Shown: piece by piece, positions 1 through 7,330 of the stretch
How positions within the stretch are numbered: position 1 is the stretch's first letter
Layout: every line of letters begins with the position of its first letter
Virus record (IMG/VR): IMGVR_UViG_3300030060_003974
Span: 1 to 64,000 of that record
Strand: one strand, 5' to 3'
Length of the DNA stretch: 64,000 nucleotides
Source: an uncultured virus (IMG/VR IMGVR_UViG_3300030060_003974)
Lineage: Duplodnaviria; Heunggongvirae; Uroviricota; Caudoviricetes
Notes under the pieces: generated by a model
What the model was told of the DNA's origin: nothing
Database searches by the model: none
Seen by the model: only the letters and a program-made list of their open reading frames with translations
Position numbers and translations under genes: made by a program

Positions 1-226
1 CACAGATTGCCTCGAGTAGATTGTCATCATAGTAGTACACATCCTCAAGTATGCTTGTTTTACCACTCATATCATCAGTAAAAATATAGACATCATAACT
101 GTCTGCAGTTTCCTGTGAATGAATCATATAATCTAGTCCACTAAAATCACTTGTAGTGATTTCTAGTCGTAGATGTTCGTTAACAAATTGCTTGAATGTT
201 AATACATTTAACTCGTGATTTTTCAT
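1..226 (-). CDS. Early hypothetical protein, 3'-truncated by window edge (MKNHELNVLTFKQFVNEHLRLEITT...)
   Basis: Hand-translated open frame from ATG at 226 to the window start; preceded by the ACTATCAAATTATG leader shared with other early genes. Confidence 0.75.
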   Translation of the reverse strand, partial: MKNHELNVLTFKQFVNEHLRLEITTSDFSGLDYMIHSQETADSYDVYIFTDDMSGKTSILEDVYYYDDNLLEAIC

Positions 227-248
227 AATTTGATAGTTTATTGTGATT

Positions 249-347
249 ATTATAAGACACCTCTCAGATAGTTTCGTTGCTATCACTAATCGAGCCTATT
301 CACTCTCTTCAAGGTGTTTCGGATTTTGAATCCTCATCAGTTATAAT
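249..347 (-). ncRNA. Type I hammerhead ribozyme HHR-1
   Basis: Minus strand: AUUAUAA CUGAUGA GGAUU-CAA-AAUCC GAA ACACCU-(49 nt)-AGGUGU C UUAUAAU; intact core, three stems, GUC site (cut after 256). Confidence 0.93.
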
Positions 348-349
348 GG

Positions 350-550
350 TTAAGCATTGTTAATCGCACCCTCATAAGAGGTTAGATTATTAGATTCCAT
401 TTCTAGTATTGTTAGCTTTGCAACCCTGATACACATTGAATATTCTGCAGGAGAAATTGATGTGTTATTGTCAAACATTTTGTTAGCTACATTCATAGCT
501 ATTTTCATATCGTTTTCAGGTTCAATACTAATAGTTTTTACTGTACTCAT
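350..550 (-). CDS. Early hypothetical protein (66 aa)
   Basis: ORF track; flanked by HHR-2 and HHR-1; ACTATCAATTATG leader. Confidence 0.8.
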   Translation of the reverse strand: MSTVKTISIEPENDMKIAMNVANKMFDNNTSISPAEYSMCIRVAKLTILEMESNNLTSYEGAINNA

Positions 551-569
551 AATTGATAGTTTTTATTGT

Positions 570-669
570 GATTAATGACTACCAACCAAAGTGGGATACC
601 GACTTACCGACTAGTGCGTTATGGTTGATAGTTTCGTAGGTGTTTAAACCTTTACTCATCAGATTAATC
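570..669 (-). ncRNA. Type I hammerhead ribozyme HHR-2
   Basis: Minus strand: GAUUAAU CUGAUGA GU(AA)AGGU-UUAAAC-ACCUAC GAA ACUAUCAACCA-(33 nt)-UGGUUGGUAGU C AUUAAUC; 11-bp stem III with a U.G wobble that pairs only on the - strand; cut after 577. Confidence 0.92.
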
Positions 670-673
670 TTGA

Positions 674-736
674 TTAGATGAACACAACCTCAAATTCATT
701 TGAGATGTCTTCTAGAGCAATTTCATAGCTTTCCAT
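674..736 (-). CDS. Possible 20-aa acidic micro-ORF (MESYEIALEDISNEFEVVFI)
   Basis: Hand-translated; starts 1 nt after the stop of 738..1088 and ends just before HHR-2. Confidence 0.4.
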   Translation of the reverse strand: MESYEIALEDISNEFEVVFI

Positions 737-737
737 A

Positions 738-1088
738 TTAGTAGTTTTTGTGATTAATAATGTATTTGTTTAATTTGTATTTATTAGATGAATCTAGCAT
801 CATAAAGAATTCATAAAAGATGGTTGTTCCTGTTAAGGTCAACACTTGCGAATATTCATCATTTGTGATGGTTGGACTCACGTTTTTGTAACGCTTAATT
901 AACACTCTTTGCGTTGTTTTTAGCTTACTCATCAAGACATCCCATTTGTCATATAAATGGTCTCTCAAAGTAGGATTGTCTGCCCAAACTAATCTAATAA
1001 AATCATACTCAAAATTGTTCGCATAAACATTGAATTTGTTTATATGGTCAACTGAATTAGCAACTATATTACTATAAGTAGTTTTCAT
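738..1088 (-). CDS. Early hypothetical protein (116 aa), first gene after the leftward promoter
   Basis: ORF track; AT-rich leader. Confidence 0.8.
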   Translation of the reverse strand: MKTTYSNIVANSVDHINKFNVYANNFEYDFIRLVWADNPTLRDHLYDKWDVLMSKLKTTQRVLIKRYKNVSPTITNDEYSQVLTLTGTTIFYEFFMMLDSSNKYKLNKYIINHKNY

Positions 1089-1127
1089 AATATTTAAATT
1101 TAATTGTGATTAATGACTATCAAAACA

Positions 1128-1224
1128 AGTATTACAGGCACTGCATTCATCCTGAGATTATAGTGGTATGCGAGGTAGCCCACTTGTAGTTCATAACGCT
1201 ACGTAATTTTTATGCAGTAATACT
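1128..1224 (-). ncRNA. Structured 5' leader of the early transcript (multi-stem, unassigned)
   Basis: Closing stem AGUAUUAC/GUAAUACU and ACUGCAU/AUGCAGU enclosing hairpins GUAG..CUAC and AGUGG..CCACU; lies right after promoter 1246-1253. Confidence 0.45.
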
Positions 1225-1245
1225 CGGTATGTCAAAGAACAGGTG

Positions 1246-1253
1246 CAAATATA
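1246..1253 (-). promoter_or_regulatory. Bacteroidota-type -7 promoter element (TATATTTG) driving the leftward early operon
   Basis: Matches TAnnTTTG on the - strand upstream of the first leftward gene. Confidence 0.65.
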
Positions 1254-1669
1254 GTATATAAGTAGCATAATTCTATAACAACTTACTGACAATGTGTCTA
1301 CTTTCTTCTGCATATTTGTCACACTTTTAATGTTTTCTTTATCAATGACTTAAGTGTCAACACTACAATATAGTTTGTTTAGCAATGTAAGGTATCGTGG
1401 AGGTGTTATCCCTTTGCTATTGATGTGCAAAGGTACTTCGTAATTTAAACTTCGTTAAACGTAAGCTATGTGGGGTTACGTGGGATGGTCATTTTGGGGG
1501 AAGGTCAAAATAAAAAACCTAAAAAAATGCAGAAAAAATTTTCAGAATCAAGATTCGAAACAAAAAAAATATGACTTTCTATTATAGGGGGTGCAACGTA
1601 AGACGACATATAACCCTCAACCTCTAGATATCTAATATTTTTTTATTACCTTTACAAAAAAATAAAACT

Positions 1670-1849
1670 ATGGATGGACTAATTGTAAAAAACGGAAGAC
1701 TAATCAATGAGAGACGACCTGGTGAGTCTGGTATAGCAATGGCGGCTAGAATAAAGCGTGCTGTTACAAATGATCGTGAAATAAATAAAATAGCTGAAGG
1801 AATTCAGTTAGCAGAAAATAAAAAGAAATTTAACCAACTAGAGTTTTAA
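1670..1849 (+). CDS. Hypothetical protein (59 aa, MDGLIVKNGRLINERRPG...)
   Basis: Hand-translated; preceded by promoter-like TACCTTTA (1647-1654), followed by a terminator. Confidence 0.7.
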   Translation: MDGLIVKNGRLINERRPGESGIAMAARIKRAVTNDREINKIAEGIQLAENKKKFNQLEF

Positions 1850-1880
1850 GTTTCCCATTTGTGTGTTTTGATTAGTAGTG

Positions 1881-1915
1881 AGAAGAGTATCTATTCAGGT
1901 ACTCTTTTCTTTTTT
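1881..1915 (+). terminator. Intrinsic terminator
   Basis: AGAAGAGTATCT-ATTC-AGGTACTCTTTT hairpin plus T-run. Confidence 0.7.
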
Positions 1916-1922
1916 AACATAC

Positions 1923-2098
1923 TATGTTAATTTTATGTTGATTTTAAAATTACTTAAGTTATTGATATTTATATATTTAAATACTATTTATGTTAATATG
2001 TTAAAAATTATATATAAAAAAATAATATAAAAAAAAATTACAGTGCTAAAGTTTTATAAGCCTAGTAATATTTATAAAAAAATCAACATATCAACATA
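1923..2098. repeat. AT-rich region with ATGTTRA iteron-like repeats (four direct, plus two inverted TCAACAT at about 2083-2097); candidate origin/operator
   Basis: Repeats seen directly; 1923-2004 is colinear with 55220-55299. Confidence 0.55.
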
Positions 2099-2118
2099 TT
2101 ACTTTTCATTTTAATTTA

Positions 2119-2126
2119 TATATTTG
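2119..2126 (+). promoter_or_regulatory. TAnnTTTG promoter element upstream of groEL
   Basis: TATATTTG 22 nt before the ATG. Confidence 0.6.
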
Positions 2127-2148
2127 TACTAATCTAATACAATAAAAT

Positions 2149-3789
2149 ATGCAAACAGACTCAGGATACATTCCTAAAAACCTAGACTTTGAAGAACACG
2201 CAAGAGAAAAATTAATAAACGGAATTACTGCAATTTCTAAAGCAGTTAAGAGTACGCTAGGCCCACGAGGCAGAACAGTACTAATAGAGTCTCCACAACA
2301 TACTAACGGAATAACGGTAACTAAAGACGGGGTTACAGTCGCAAGGTCAGTTGCTTTACTTGATCCAGTTGAAAACTTAGCAATACAAATGATGCAGGAA
2401 GCTGCGAGTCGTACTGCAACTTCGGCTGGTGATGGTACAACTACCGCTATTGTTTTGACTGAAGCTTTAGTAAAAGCTGGACAAACCCATATTAAAGCCA
2501 AAAATAATGTGACCGAAGTTATTAAGCATGTTAATAGGTTGTCGGCTGAGATTATTAATGACCTTAAAAAAAATAGTAAAAAAGTTTCTAAATCAAAACT
2601 TGGTGCAGTTGCAGCTATTTCAGCAAACAACGATAAGGAGCTGGGAAGTATTATTGCTGATGCTTATAAGCAAGTTGGGTCAGATGGAATTGTTACAGTT
2701 GAAAAATCAATGACAGCTGAAACTTACGCAGAGGTTACTAACGGTATTAAAGTAGATAGAGGATATACTTCACCACTCTTTATTAATAACCAAAAGAAAG
2801 ATGAATGTATTTTAGAAGGAGTAAGAGTTTTAGTTTGTGACCAGGAGATTACTAATGTATTACAAATTGAGAATATTTTAAAACCAATAATAAATAAAGG
2901 TGATAAACTTTTAATTATAGCTGAGTGTAATTCTAATGTTGTAAACACACTTGCTGCCAATGTAGTTCGTAATGGTTTAAAGTTCTGTAATATCACACCT
3001 CCATCATTTGGTTATAAAACCCATGAACTAATGCAGGATATTGCTTTATCAGTTGGTGCAAAATACTTTTCTGAAAAGACTGGTGATGACTTATCACTTA
3101 TGCAGTTTAGTGATTTAGGTTATGCTGATAAAATAATTATAGGAAAAGACAGTTCGGTGTTAATTAAAAACCAAGAGATGACTGAGGAAATAAAAGAAAG
3201 AATTAGTCAGCTTAGAGAACAGCAAGAAAATACCACACACTTAGGAGATAGAAAGTTTATTAATGAACGTATTGCTAGTTTAGCAGGTTCTATCGGTTGT
3301 ATTTATGTAGGAGGTAATAGTGATGTAGAGCAAAAAGAAAAATTTGACCGAGTCGATGACTCGGTATGCGCTGTGCGCAGCGCCTTGCAAGAAGGAATCT
3401 TACCAGGCGGGGGACTAGCTTTACTTAAATTATCTGAGCAACTACAATCAAAAGACGCTAATGATGACGAAAAGGTTGCTGTTAAAATATTGAAAGACGC
3501 ATTAACAACCCCATGCAAACAAATATTAATAAACGCAGGAATAGATTATAAAGAAATAATTAGAAATCTTTCAGTAACTCAAACCCACACCCTTAAAGGT
3601 AAGGCAGGAATGTCGTATGGGTATGATGTGAAAAATCAAAAATACGGTGATATGTATACTATGGGGGTTATTGATCCTCTAAAAGTTACAAAGAATGCTT
3701 TAATAAATGCAGTATCTGTAGCAACAACTATATTAAGTACTAATGCAATTATAACCCATAAGAGATTAAATGAAGAAAAGAAAGCTTAA
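2149..3789 (+). CDS. groEL: Phage-encoded chaperonin GroEL (Cpn60)
   Basis: 546 aa; STLGPRGR, VTKDGVTVA, AGDGTTTA, EGILPGGG, GVIDP motifs; no GGM tail. Confidence 0.97.
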   Translation: MQTDSGYIPKNLDFEEHAREKLINGITAISKAVKSTLGPRGRTVLIESPQHTNGITVTKDGVTVARSVALLDPVENLAIQMMQEAASRTATSAGDGTTTAIVLTEALVKAGQTHIKAKNNVTEVIKHVNRLSAEIINDLKKNSKKVSKSKLGAVAAISANNDKELGSIIADAYKQVGSDGIVTVEKSMTAETYAEVTNGIKVDRGYTSPLFINNQKKDECILEGVRVLVCDQEITNVLQIENILKPIINKGDKLLIIAECNSNVVNTLAANVVRNGLKFCNITPPSFGYKTHELMQDIALSVGAKYFSEKTGDDLSLMQFSDLGYADKIIIGKDSSVLIKNQEMTEEIKERISQLREQQENTTHLGDRKFINERIASLAGSIGCIYVGGNSDVEQKEKFDRVDDSVCAVRSALQEGILPGGGLALLKLSEQLQSKDANDDEKVAVKILKDALTTPCKQILINAGIDYKEIIRNLSVTQTHTLKGKAGMSYGYDVKNQKYGDMYTMGVIDPLKVTKNALINAVSVATTILSTNAIITHKRLNEEKKA

Positions 3790-3901
3790 TTCAAAAAACC
3801 CAAAGTACGCACCTAAAGAAGAAAAGAAAATAGAAACTATTAGGAGAGAACTAATAGCGAACAAAGGCAAAGTAAAAGTTTACGCTGTCTTTAAAGATTA
3901 A
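3770..3901 (+). CDS. Small basic hypothetical protein (43 aa)
   Basis: Hand-translated MKKRKLNSKNPKY...; fills the gap after groEL. Confidence 0.55.
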   Translation: MKKRKLNSKNPKYAPKEEKKIETIRRELIANKGKVKVYAVFKD

Positions 3902-3916
3902 TTTAAATTAAATATA

Positions 3917-4111
3917 ATGCCAATAAATAACGAAATATTTGACTCTTATAGATTAGAAGTAAAAAAAATTCACAACGCTATAAGATTATTAGCTAGACAA
4001 GGATACACTGTAATAGACTTAGAAGGTCAAGTCATTACTAAATGGAATGTAGAAAGCGGGAATTACCCCAACATAACATACAATAGAACACCTAAACAAC
4101 TAGATCACTAA
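3917..4111 (+). CDS. Hypothetical protein (64 aa)
   Basis: ORF track; TAATG coupling to groES. Confidence 0.7.
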   Translation: MPINNEIFDSYRLEVKKIHNAIRLLARQGYTVIDLEGQVITKWNVESGNYPNITYNRTPKQLDH

Positions 4112-4368
4112 TGCAACCAATCGGAAAGTACATAGCAGTTAAACCTATAGAAGAAGAAATAAAAACTGATTCAGGGTTATTGTTATCTTCAAAAGAAGCT
4201 AAAGACTTTAGATATAAAAAAGGATCAGTAATAAAACCTGGCAGTGAAGTTACTGTAATAAAAGCTGATGATATTATATACTATGATAAAAACGCTGGAC
4301 ACTCTATGCTTTTAGATAATGAGTCTATGACTATTATTCAAGAGCGAGATGTCGTTGTAGTTGTATAA
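4111..4368 (+). CDS. groES: Co-chaperonin GroES (Cpn10)
   Basis: MQPIGKYIAVKP..KTDSGLLL mobile loop; IIQERDVV C-terminus; next to groEL. Confidence 0.9.
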   Translation: MQPIGKYIAVKPIEEEIKTDSGLLLSSKEAKDFRYKKGSVIKPGSEVTVIKADDIIYYDKNAGHSMLLDNESMTIIQERDVVVVV

Positions 4369-4378
4369 ATAAATTTAA

Positions 4379-4386
4379 TATCTTTG
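4379..4386 (+). promoter_or_regulatory. TAnnTTTG promoter element, probably leaderless transcript
   Basis: TATCTTTG 4 nt before ATG 4391. Confidence 0.6.
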
Positions 4387-4390
4387 TAAG

Positions 4391-4918
4391 ATGCCTACAA
4401 AGAAAAAACCTAAAACTAAAGTCACTCGTGGTAAAGTAACACGTAGACAAGCTAGACGCTCTAGAGGTAAAGAGGTCTTGCTTCCAGATACTAGGACAAA
4501 AGCTCAAAAACAAAAAGACGCTAAAAGAGTAGCAGCTAAAACTAAAGTTTCTACTAAAACTACAAACTACAGTGTTACCAGAACTAAATCTAAAAAAGGC
4601 AAAACTAAAGTTAGATCAGGCAGTCAGTTTAGAACTAAAAGCAATCAAGACAGTAAATATTCTAGAAGTAAAAGCTCAGGAACAACAACTACCAATACCA
4701 GAGGAAAACAAACTTATCGTAAAAAATATTTTAGAAGAGATAAAGAGACAGGTAAAGAAATAGCTACTAGAACCAGAACAAACAAAAGAGGTACGACTAG
4801 GTACACTACAGTTACAGGCCCTAAAGCTTATAAGAAGTATTCTAAGTGGGAAAAGCAAGATAATAAAAAAGCAACAAGACAAGTAAAAAGAATTAAAAGA
4901 AGAACTAGAAAGACTTAA
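4391..4918 (+). CDS. Very Lys/Arg/Thr-rich protein (175 aa), putative nucleic-acid-binding
   Basis: ORF track; composition; own promoter. Confidence 0.75.
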   Translation: MPTKKKPKTKVTRGKVTRRQARRSRGKEVLLPDTRTKAQKQKDAKRVAAKTKVSTKTTNYSVTRTKSKKGKTKVRSGSQFRTKSNQDSKYSRSKSSGTTTTNTRGKQTYRKKYFRRDKETGKEIATRTRTNKRGTTRYTTVTGPKAYKKYSKWEKQDNKKATRQVKRIKRRTRKT

Positions 4919-5351
4919 TCTCTTCGTTTAATTTTTTAATATAGTTCCTATAAACCTTATCCATATACGAAGCATCACTCTTAAATAAAGGATTAGTTCT
5001 ATGATCTTCCCCAAACTCTTCGCCATTTAATTTCTTGTATATGGTATTAACTAATCGTTTACCTTTATACGTCAGTTCGTATAAAGTGGTCTCCTTAGCC
5101 TTACCCTTTCTCCATACATGTATCCAACCATCCTTTAGTAGTTTATCAAAACGATTGACATCCCATGACATTAATTCTTGGAATTCATTAAACTTTGTTT
5201 TATTAAAGACATCCTCACTATAAAGAAACAGCATCATATCTATATCAGGAGTTCCAATCTTGTATTTAGCTTTAACCCAGTACTTTATAATTCTCCAGTA
5301 TTTTAAGTAATCGTGTGTGGGAACTTTTCTGTCGTAATTTGGTCTTCTCAA
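4905..5351 (-). CDS. Putative winged-helix (MarR-like) transcription regulator
   Basis: FDKLLKDGWIHV...TLYELTYKGKRLV resembles a wHTH recognition helix plus wing; only credible - strand gene in the late region; TTG start uncertain. Confidence 0.6.
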   Translation of the reverse strand: MRRPNYDRKVPTHDYLKYWRIIKYWVKAKYKIGTPDIDMMLFLYSEDVFNKTKFNEFQELMSWDVNRFDKLLKDGWIHVWRKGKAKETTLYELTYKGKRLVNTIYKKLNGEEFGEDHRTNPLFKSDASYMDKVYRNYIKKLNEEIKSF

Positions 5352-5402
5352 AAGTATTTAATTAAATTGTTATCTTTGTGTAAATATAAAAATAAAAAAG
5401 CC

Positions 5403-5894
5403 ATGCCTGTAAAAAAACTAGTAAAGAAAATAAAATCAGCTGTAGCAAGAAGAAGAAGACCTGGAGTAGTCTCTAAGGTTAAAAAAGTTGTTAAAGGAAA
5501 AGACGGAAAGTCTAAAGTTAAAACAACTAGATCTACAGGAGTTACAAATAGTACAAGAAGTAGATATCGTACTTCCAATATGACCGACAAAGGTGTTGAT
5601 ATGACACGTAAACCAAAAGCAACTGTAACTAAAGACAACAGAAAAGGGACAGGTTATAGAAAGAAAACGGTTACTTTAGACAGAACGAAAGCTAGAAGCA
5701 GAAAAGACCTTGTAGGAAAAATTACCAAAACTAAAAGGAACATAGTGACTGGTAAAAAGAAGACTACAACGAAAAATGTTACAGCTAAAAAAGCTAGAAG
5801 AGTTTTAAAAAGAATGAACAGAAAAACCAACAGGATGATTAAGACTGCAGAAAGAAAAGGTAAAAGACAAAAAAGAAGATTAGAACTTAAATAA
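5403..5894 (+). CDS. Very Lys/Arg-rich protein (163 aa)
   Basis: Start moved to ATG 5403, downstream of TATCTTTG at 5371-5378. Confidence 0.75.
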   Translation: MPVKKLVKKIKSAVARRRRPGVVSKVKKVVKGKDGKSKVKTTRSTGVTNSTRSRYRTSNMTDKGVDMTRKPKATVTKDNRKGTGYRKKTVTLDRTKARSRKDLVGKITKTKRNIVTGKKKTTTKNVTAKKARRVLKRMNRKTNRMIKTAERKGKRQKRRLELK

Positions 5895-5902
5895 TAAAAA
5901 TT

Positions 5903-6064
5903 ATGCCAACAGTAAAATATAAATGTGGAGACACAGGTAAAATGAAAAAAAAGCAATTCCCTTACAATGCAGTAGGGAAAGCTCAAGCAGCTGAATTTGC
6001 CAAGACTATGAAAGGATCAATTAAAAACAATCCAGGTTATGGTATGGAGAAAAAAATGGGATAA
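5903..6064 (+). CDS. Small basic protein (53 aa, MPTVKYKCGDTG...)
   Basis: Hand-translated; TAATG coupling to the next gene. Confidence 0.65.
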   Translation: MPTVKYKCGDTGKMKKKQFPYNAVGKAQAAEFAKTMKGSIKNNPGYGMEKKMG

Positions 6065-6252
6065 TGGCAGTAAAAAAAAAGAAAAAAGCAATAGCCAGAA
6101 AGAAAAAAGCAATAGGTGTCGCTAAAGATATGTTAAAGGGTAAGGTTAAAAAACCTTTACTTGTTTCAAGAAACCAAATTAAAAGAGACATTAAAAGAAA
6201 AACTAAGGCTATCGCAAGAAAAAGGAGAAAACTTAGTTCAAAAAAGAGATAA
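6064..6252 (+). CDS. Lys/Arg-rich small protein (62 aa)
   Basis: ORF track; KAIARKK repeated. Confidence 0.7.
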   Translation: MAVKKKKKAIARKKKAIGVAKDMLKGKVKKPLLVSRNQIKRDIKRKTKAIARKRRKLSSKKR

Positions 6253-6302
6253 AATAAATCTTTATCTTTGTTAATTAATTACTAACTAATAAATTTTTAA
6301 AA

Positions 6303-6503
6303 ATGAAAAAGCAAGGTTATAACGCTAGACTTGATGAGTCACTAGGCGGAAGACATAAAGGAAAACATTCTCAGTCTATGAAAGACAGAAGAGATGAAAG
6401 TAAAGCTATGTCTAAAAAAATGTATGGTCACTCTTATGGAGCTGACAAAGGAATGTCTTATAGACATACATCTTCTTGGAAAACTCACGATCATCTTAAG
6501 TAA
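6303..6503 (+). CDS. Small basic protein (66 aa)
   Basis: ORF track; TATCTTTG at 6263-6270. Confidence 0.75.
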   Translation: MKKQGYNARLDESLGGRHKGKHSQSMKDRRDESKAMSKKMYGHSYGADKGMSYRHTSSWKTHDHLK

Positions 6504-6703
6504 TGGCTGGTCGTACTAAAAAAGAAAAGTTTCCTGAGATAAAAAAGTCTAGACAAGGCGCATTTACGTCTTGGGCTAAGAAAAATGGATTCAAAGATGC
6601 GTGTAGTGCTGCGTCAGCTGTCATGAAGAATACAAAAAAGTATTCTGAAAAGGTGGTTAAGATGGCAAACTACGCAAATAACTTTGGATGTAAAATGAAA
6701 TAA
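6503..6703 (+). CDS. Small basic protein (66 aa)
   Basis: ORF track; translational coupling. Confidence 0.75.
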   Translation: MAGRTKKEKFPEIKKSRQGAFTSWAKKNGFKDACSAASAVMKNTKKYSEKVVKMANYANNFGCKMK

Positions 6704-6720
6704 TAATTAAATTAAATTTT

Positions 6721-6984
6721 ATGGCTAAAAAGAAATTAACAGTTAAGAAAAAAAGTGTTGTCTCTAAAAAAGCGGTGAAAAAAAAGGTTGAAGAGCCTAA
6801 AAAAGTAGAAAAATCTGTAGTTAAAAAAGCTGATGAAGTACCAACTGAGGTAACTATGGAGAAAAAAGTTTGTCATGTTGCTTATGTTCCGCCAAAAAGA
6901 CTATGGTCGGACAAAAGACACCATCCAAACCCAGATGATCACCGATTTGACAGCAATCCTTTCTTAGGAGTAGAAGAAAAATAA
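6721..6984 (+). CDS. Lys-rich protein (87 aa)
   Basis: ORF track. Confidence 0.7.
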   Translation: MAKKKLTVKKKSVVSKKAVKKKVEEPKKVEKSVVKKADEVPTEVTMEKKVCHVAYVPPKRLWSDKRHHPNPDDHRFDSNPFLGVEEK

Positions 6985-6989
6985 AAATT

Positions 6990-7133
6990 ATGGGAAAAAT
7001 ATTAGTAAAATTAGGCTTGTGGCTACAAAAAGCTTGGTGTAAATTATTATGCAAGTGGAACTGGTTAATATCTAAACTAATTGTAGACGTTAAAGAGTGT
7101 CCTGTAGCACAATGCATGTGTAAGAAAAAATGA
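6990..7133 (+). CDS. Small Trp/Cys-rich amphipathic protein (47 aa)
   Basis: Hand-translated MGKILVKLGLWLQKAWCKLLCKWNW...CPVAQCMCKKK; ATGA overlap with the next gene. Confidence 0.6.
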   Translation: MGKILVKLGLWLQKAWCKLLCKWNWLISKLIVDVKECPVAQCMCKKK

Positions 7134-7300
7134 AAAGAACTAAAGTAAAATCAAAAGGCTTTGGCGACACAGTTGAAAAGGTTGCAAAGGCAATCGGAGC
7201 TGATAAAGTAGCTAAAGCTTATGAAAAAGCCACGGGTAATGACTGTGGTTGTGGAAAAAGACGGGATACATTAAATCGAGTTTTTCCATATGACAGATAA
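7130..7300 (+). CDS. Small protein (56 aa) with GFGDTVEK...DCGC motif
   Basis: Hand-translated; coupled to the previous ORF. Confidence 0.65.
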   Translation: MKRTKVKSKGFGDTVEKVAKAIGADKVAKAYEKATGNDCGCGKRRDTLNRVFPYDR

Positions 7301-7330
7301 AGAGAATTTTTAACCCTCAATAATAAAAAA

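Noticed and set aside
1128..1224. Early leader as a twister, pistol or HDV-like ribozyme or a known riboswitch
   Set aside because: I could not place the conserved core nucleotides of those classes; it is kept only as an unassigned structure.
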